From: Oceanispirochaeta sp.
GTDB lineage: Bacteria; Spirochaetota; Spirochaetia; DSM-2461
NCBI GenBank assembly: GCA_963663385.2
Contig: CAXXXD010000001.1
Coordinates: 384,001 to 448,000 of the forward strand
DNA length: 64,000 nucleotides
Reading direction: 5' to 3'
Below, one piece after another: positions 59,275 to 64,000 of the stretch (its first letter is position 1; every line of letters begins with the position of its first letter). The position numbers and the translations under genes were made by a program. Below the pieces are notes generated by a model. The model did not search any database. It was not told the origin of the DNA and was given only the letters and a program-made list of their open reading frames with translations.

Positions 59275-60636
59275 ATGAGCGAATACGATTACAGTATTTT
59301 CTGGGAAGAAACAATTAAACAACTCAGGGAGGAAAATGAAATTTCCGACCAGGAATTTAATATGTATTTTCAGAAAATCCATTATGTAGAATCTTCGCAG
59401 GATACAATAGCTCTGAGTCTGCCTTCCCTTTTTATCCAATCCCAGATAAAACAAAGATACATTAGTACACTGGAAAGCAAACTCCTGGAACTTTCCGGAA
59501 TGGAACTTTCCCTTGATTTTATTATAGAAAACAAACTCATAGAGAGCGAAAAGTCATCTCAGCAGAAAGTTGAAAAATCAGCTTCTTCTGAAGAGTCACC
59601 TATTCAACCTCATCCTCAGTTAAGGAATGATTACAGCTTTAAGACATTTGTCGTTGGAAATAATAACTCCTTTGCTGCTAATGCATCCAAGGCAATAGCA
59701 GAAAATCCCGGGTCAAAATATAATCCTTGCCTTATTTATGGTGGTGTAGGCCTCGGTAAAACACACCTTATGCAGTCAATTGGAAATTATATCCATTATA
59801 ACAACCCTGATATGAAAGTTGTTTATATTCCAGCCGAAACATTTATTAATGATTTTATTGAGTCTATTAATACAAAGAAGCAAACAAGCTTCAAAAATAA
59901 ATATAGAAATGTAGATGTTCTTTTAATAGATGATATTCATGATCTACAGGATAAAAAAGGTACTCAGGAAGAACTGTTTCATACTTTTAATGCACTTTAT
60001 GATGCCAACAAACAGATGGTTTTTACCTGTGACCGGCCTCCTTCAGAGCTTAAAAACTTTGCAGACCGTCTTAAAAACCGTTTTGTCAGGGGCTTAAATG
60101 TAGATCTTCATCCACCAAACTATGAAACAAGATATGCTATTCTCAGAAAAAAACTGGAAGATAAAAATGTTGTTATCTCTGATAATATCCTTGAACTGAT
60201 CAGCCAGAATATAAAAACCAACATAAGAGACCTGGAAGCTGCTCTGACCAGTATCGTAGCTTATGCAGAGCTTGTTCAAAAAGAGATAACTCCCGAAATA
60301 GCAAAACAGCAACTAAAGCAGTTTTTCTCTTCTCCCATTCAATCAAATATAACAATTGATAAAATTCAGAAACTTGTTTCCGAGTATTTTAATGTGACTC
60401 TCAGTGATATGAAAGGAAAAAAAAGAACCAAGCAGATTACATTTCCAAGACAGATCGCCATGTATATCATCCGTGAGATCACAGATTACTCAACTACCGA
60501 GATTGGTTTGGAATTTGGAGGAAGAGACCACACAACTGTAATGCACTCCTGCCAGAGAATAGAAGACAGGATGAAAACCGATTCAACCATAGAACCAACC
60601 ATTCAGGAGTTGATTCGTTCTATTAAAGAAACCTGA
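59275..60636 (+). CDS. dnaA: Chromosomal replication initiator DnaA
   Basis: YGGVGLGKTHL, LIDDI, QEELFHTFN, GGRDHTTV. Confidence 0.98.
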   Translation: MSEYDYSIFWEETIKQLREENEISDQEFNMYFQKIHYVESSQDTIALSLPSLFIQSQIKQRYISTLESKLLELSGMELSLDFIIENKLIESEKSSQQKVEKSASSEESPIQPHPQLRNDYSFKTFVVGNNNSFAANASKAIAENPGSKYNPCLIYGGVGLGKTHLMQSIGNYIHYNNPDMKVVYIPAETFINDFIESINTKKQTSFKNKYRNVDVLLIDDIHDLQDKKGTQEELFHTFNALYDANKQMVFTCDRPPSELKNFADRLKNRFVRGLNVDLHPPNYETRYAILRKKLEDKNVVISDNILELISQNIKTNIRDLEAALTSIVAYAELVQKEITPEIAKQQLKQFFSSPIQSNITIDKIQKLVSEYFNVTLSDMKGKKRTKQITFPRQIAMYIIREITDYSTTEIGLEFGGRDHTTVMHSCQRIEDRMKTDSTIEPTIQELIRSIKET

Positions 60637-60970
60637 ATAAACTGTGAATAAATCTGGGAAAAGCTTTAACAAGTTCCTATTTATCCACTGATTTCATTAT
60701 TAATTTTTTATAGTTGTTAGCATTGTGGAAAAAATGTTTTATTTATCATCAGGATATTAACACTGATAATTATATATTATAAAAAGAGTTGTTTCGTTTT
60801 TCCACATATTAGACCTCTCTATTATTACTATTACTTATTAATTTATAAAAATAGATGTAGTAGAGAATCTTTTATTTTACTGTAAAACTTCATTACAGTA
60901 AAAAATTGGACTGTACAACTCGGGATTTATTTTTTATTATTTTAGAGATACATAATCACAGGGGATATTT
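60637..60970. other. Putative oriC unwinding region (DnaA boxes + DnaA-trios)
   Basis: TGTGAATAA 60643, TTATCCACT 60681, TGTGGAAAA 60724, TTTTCCACA 60798, then TAT-TAT-TAC-TAT-TAC at about 60820-60834 and an AT-rich tract. Confidence 0.8.
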
Positions 60971-62077
60971 ATGAGATTTATCTGCGATAAGAGCGTTATT
61001 GTAAAGGAAATATCAATAGCTCAAGAGATCATTTCATCCAGAAATGCTCTTTCAATTCTTTCCAATGTTTTACTGGAAGCAGAAAATGATGCTTTAATTA
61101 TCAAAGCAACAGATCTAAAGGTAGGCTTTGAAACAAGAATTCCTGCTGTAGTTGAAATTTCAGGTAGTACAACAGTATTCTGTGACAAATTTCTCGGTAT
61201 TTTACGATCTTTGCCCGATGGAGAAATAACTTTTGAACAAAATGAAAGTGAAAGGCTTTCCATTAAACCAATTGATAAAAAAATAGTTTTTGAACTGAAT
61301 TGTATATCTTCTGAAAAATTTCCGGAACTTCAGAATATCGGAGATGACAGTTATTTTGAGATTTCCCAGAGTATTTTCAATAATATGATATCTCAAACAA
61401 TATTTTCCATTTCTGTTGATGAAGCCCGTTACTTCATGAATGGTGTATACATGGAGAAAAATGAATCATCTCTTCTTATGGTTGCAACTGATGGAAGAAG
61501 ATTATCCTATATAGGTGTAAAACCGGAAACAGAAATCCAGGACTTCAACGGAATCATAATTCCTCCCAAGATTCTGAATCTGATAAAAAAACTATCATCT
61601 GGAGAGGGTAACCTTTCCCTGGCAGTAACAGAAAAGACCATTTTTGTTAAATTTGATAATCAGAAAATTTCATCTACACTTATTGAGGGTCAGTTTCCCA
61701 ATTTTAACAGAGTCATTCCCGAATCTCAGGATTTTAATGTTGTTGTAGCAAAAAATGCCATATCAGAAGCTCTTAAACGTGTTTCTCTTCTTGCTGAACA
61801 GAAATCCAAGCGAATTTTTCTTACATTCAGCGATGGTAATCTGAATCTGAAATCAGAAGAAAGTGAAATAGGTATGGCTGATGAGGATATCCCCTGTGAT
61901 TATGCAGGCGATGAAGTGCGTCTGGCAGTTAATTATGTTTATTTGATGGATCCGCTTAAAGTCATAAAAGAGGATAATCTTCTCCTTCAATTTACTGAGT
62001 CCAATAGAGCAGTAACTATGAAATGTGAACCCGAAGGAGATTATTTTCATATTATTATGCCAATGCAGATGGACTGA
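60971..62077 (+). CDS. dnaN: DNA polymerase III beta clamp
   Basis: ATDL, ATDGRRL, LIEGQFP, IMPM. Confidence 0.97.
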   Translation: MRFICDKSVIVKEISIAQEIISSRNALSILSNVLLEAENDALIIKATDLKVGFETRIPAVVEISGSTTVFCDKFLGILRSLPDGEITFEQNESERLSIKPIDKKIVFELNCISSEKFPELQNIGDDSYFEISQSIFNNMISQTIFSISVDEARYFMNGVYMEKNESSLLMVATDGRRLSYIGVKPETEIQDFNGIIIPPKILNLIKKLSSGEGNLSLAVTEKTIFVKFDNQKISSTLIEGQFPNFNRVIPESQDFNVVVAKNAISEALKRVSLLAEQKSKRIFLTFSDGNLNLKSEESEIGMADEDIPCDYAGDEVRLAVNYVYLMDPLKVIKEDNLLLQFTESNRAVTMKCEPEGDYFHIIMPMQMD

Positions 62078-62082
62078 TTCAT

Positions 62083-63159
62083 TTGGGATTTCATTCTGTA
62101 AGCTTTAAGTCTTTCAGGAATCTAAAAGAACAGAAATTAGATCTTTCCAGAAAAAATATTTTCCTTATTGGTCAAAATGGGCAGGGAAAAACAAATTTTC
62201 TGGAATTGATCTACTATCTATGCTATGCAGCCTCTTTCAGAACTAAAAACGAGAAAGTATTAATTCAAACAGGCGAAGATTATTTTTCTCTATCCGCTGA
62301 ATTCCTTCATTCTGCAGATGATTTTTCAAATAATATTAAACTATATCAGGATAGTACTCAGAAAAGAATTCAGCTTAATGGTAAAACTGTTAGAGACAGG
62401 AAAGATATAATTAGTAATTTTCCCTGTGTTGTTTTTTGCCATAACGATCTCTATTTTGTTAATGGTAGTCCTGATAAAAAAAGAATTTTCATGGATCAGT
62501 GCGTTAGCTTGAATGATCCCATGTTTATAAGTTACTTAAGAAACTATAAAAAAGTCCTGAGAGAAAGAAACCTTATACTGAAAGAAAAGAAAAAGGAACT
62601 TCTTGAAGTATATACATATCAACTGATAGAAACGGGTTTTCCGATATTGAATAGGAGAAAAGAGTTAATTCATTTCTTAAATGAGAGGTTTAACATCCTT
62701 TTCAGGGAAATTACAGGAGTAGATGAATCTCTGACAATTGTTCTTAACAGCTCCTGGAAAGGGAATGATAAAAAAGAAATTCTAAATTCCATGCTTCAGA
62801 GGGAAACTAAAGAACTGCATTATGGCTTAACTCTGTCAGGGCCTCACAGGGATTCCTTCAGTATTATGCTGGATTCCCAGGATTATTTGAATTTTGCTTC
62901 TACAGGGCAACTTCGTATTATCTCTTTAATTTTACGAATTCTTCAATCTGAGTTCTATCAGATTTCTACAGGAAGACTACCGATTTTACTGGTAGATGAC
63001 GTACTTCTGGAACTGGATAGTGAGAAGAGAGATAGAATGATGCAGCATTTTCCGCTGTATGAGCAGATATTTTATACATTTCTACCTGGATATTTGACCG
63101 ATAAATCGGAAGATTCTATCTGCTATAATGTAAATAACGGATTTATAAAGGCATATTGA
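62083..63159 (+). CDS. recF: DNA replication/repair protein RecF
   Basis: FRN, GQNGQGKTN, GPHRD, STGQ, LLVDDV..ELD. Confidence 0.95.
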   Translation: MGFHSVSFKSFRNLKEQKLDLSRKNIFLIGQNGQGKTNFLELIYYLCYAASFRTKNEKVLIQTGEDYFSLSAEFLHSADDFSNNIKLYQDSTQKRIQLNGKTVRDRKDIISNFPCVVFCHNDLYFVNGSPDKKRIFMDQCVSLNDPMFISYLRNYKKVLRERNLILKEKKKELLEVYTYQLIETGFPILNRRKELIHFLNERFNILFREITGVDESLTIVLNSSWKGNDKKEILNSMLQRETKELHYGLTLSGPHRDSFSIMLDSQDYLNFASTGQLRIISLILRILQSEFYQISTGRLPILLVDDVLLELDSEKRDRMMQHFPLYEQIFYTFLPGYLTDKSEDSICYNVNNGFIKAY

Positions 63160-63160
63160 T

Positions 63161-63610
63161 ATGGAAAAAGCGGAAAATATTATATCAGAACTCTTTAATA
63201 TAAAAGATAGTGAGAAAAATTCCTTTTATTATCCTGTTTTTAAAAACTGGAAATTTATAATCCCGGATAGCAGGTTATCAGATCATTGCAGGATAGAAGA
63301 TATCAACGGGCACCAATTGATTGTTTCATTTGATCATCAGGGCTGGATTCAGGTTTTTAAAATGCATCAGAAGCAAATTATCAATAATATTAATAAATAT
63401 TTAAAAAATGAAAATATAACATCGGTTAGAATGATTATTCGTAGTGAAAAGGATAAATACCTTACTCGAAGAATAAATTCCGGATTACAATTGAAGCGGA
63501 CTGAAGATAATAGTAAAAAAGAAAACTATTCTGGAAATATTGATAGTATCCAGGATGAAGAACTTAAAAAACATCTGGAAAATTTAAAGAAAAAACTTCA
63601 GGGAAAATAA
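63161..63610 (+). CDS. DciA (DUF721) helicase-loader-like protein
   Basis: Position after recF; W..I....L..H......L.V......W.Q pattern. Confidence 0.7.
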   Translation: MEKAENIISELFNIKDSEKNSFYYPVFKNWKFIIPDSRLSDHCRIEDINGHQLIVSFDHQGWIQVFKMHQKQIINNINKYLKNENITSVRMIIRSEKDKYLTRRINSGLQLKRTEDNSKKENYSGNIDSIQDEELKKHLENLKKKLQGK

Positions 63611-63617
63611 TTGAGAG

Positions 63618-63646
63618 TTGACATAGTTTAAGCTTCTACGTATATT
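63618..63646 (+). promoter_or_regulatory. Sigma70-type promoter of rpmH
   Basis: TTGACA-N17-TATATT. Confidence 0.7.
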
Positions 63647-63687
63647 ATGCACACTAAAAGAAATGACTACATTTAGGAGTTAAATAT

Positions 63688-63843
63688 ATGAAAAGGACTT
63701 ATCAGCCCAGTAAAACCAAAAGGAATAGAAAATTCGGCTTTAGAGCAAGAATGAAAACTAAAGCAGGTAGAGCTGTTCTGGCCAGAAGAAGAAGAAGAGG
63801 CAGAAAGAAATTATCTATTACAGATGAAAAAAAGCCTTACTAA
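63688..63843 (+). CDS. rpmH: 50S ribosomal protein L34
   Basis: Hand-translated [59 protein letters not shown]. Confidence 0.97.
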   Translation: MKRTYQPSKTKRNRKFGFRARMKTKAGRAVLARRRRRGRKKLSITDEKKPY

Positions 63844-64000
63844 GAAAGAAATTCTAAGAAAGAAATCTGATCTTAAAAGAATCTTTGCTTCCGGATCTAA
63901 CTGTAAATGTCGGGGAGCAAAGATTTTATTTTTGCAAAATTCTTTTCCCTACAATCGATTTGCCGTTACATTGGTTAGAAAATACGGAAATTCTGTAGAA
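63824..64000 (+). CDS. rnpA: Ribonuclease P protein component (runs off the window)
   Basis: [24 protein letters not shown]...[16 protein letters not shown]; overlaps the end of rpmH. Confidence 0.9.
   Translation, partial: MKKSLTKKEILRKKSDLKRIFASGSNCKCRGAKILFLQNSFPYNRFAVTLVRKYGNSVE

Overview
Chromosomal origin region of a bacterium, most likely a free-living spirochaete (inferred from gene order, tRNA-Arg(GCG) and protein content). The right third holds the replication and segregation core: recR-ybaB-dnaX, SRP RNA, four tRNAs, parAB, three parS sites, gyrA-gyrB, dnaA-oriC-dnaN-recF-dciA-rpmH-rnpA. The left two thirds are mixed accessory and housekeeping genes: a GH38 alpha-mannosidase, a 5'-truncated PI-PLC/ricin gene, an AT-richer family-5 ABC transporter with a YesMN-like two-component system, satP, lepB, tRNA-Leu, glpQ, a BNR lipoprotein, a GAF-PAS adenylate cyclase/HEAT/FHA cluster and uvrC. 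I found no CRISPR array, IS element, integrase or prophage. The most striking signal is that dnaX is split at an A12 run ending in A_AAA_AAG_TAA, so the short gamma form is the default product and full-length tau needs a -1 frameshift or transcriptional slippage (unless this is a homopolymer sequencing error). Also notable: several core genes look leaderless, there are three DnaA-box clusters (one interleaved with parS), BoxC/triplex-type repeats lie between convergent genes, and a GH63-like protein has a degenerate catalytic motif. All calls are by eye, with no database searches.
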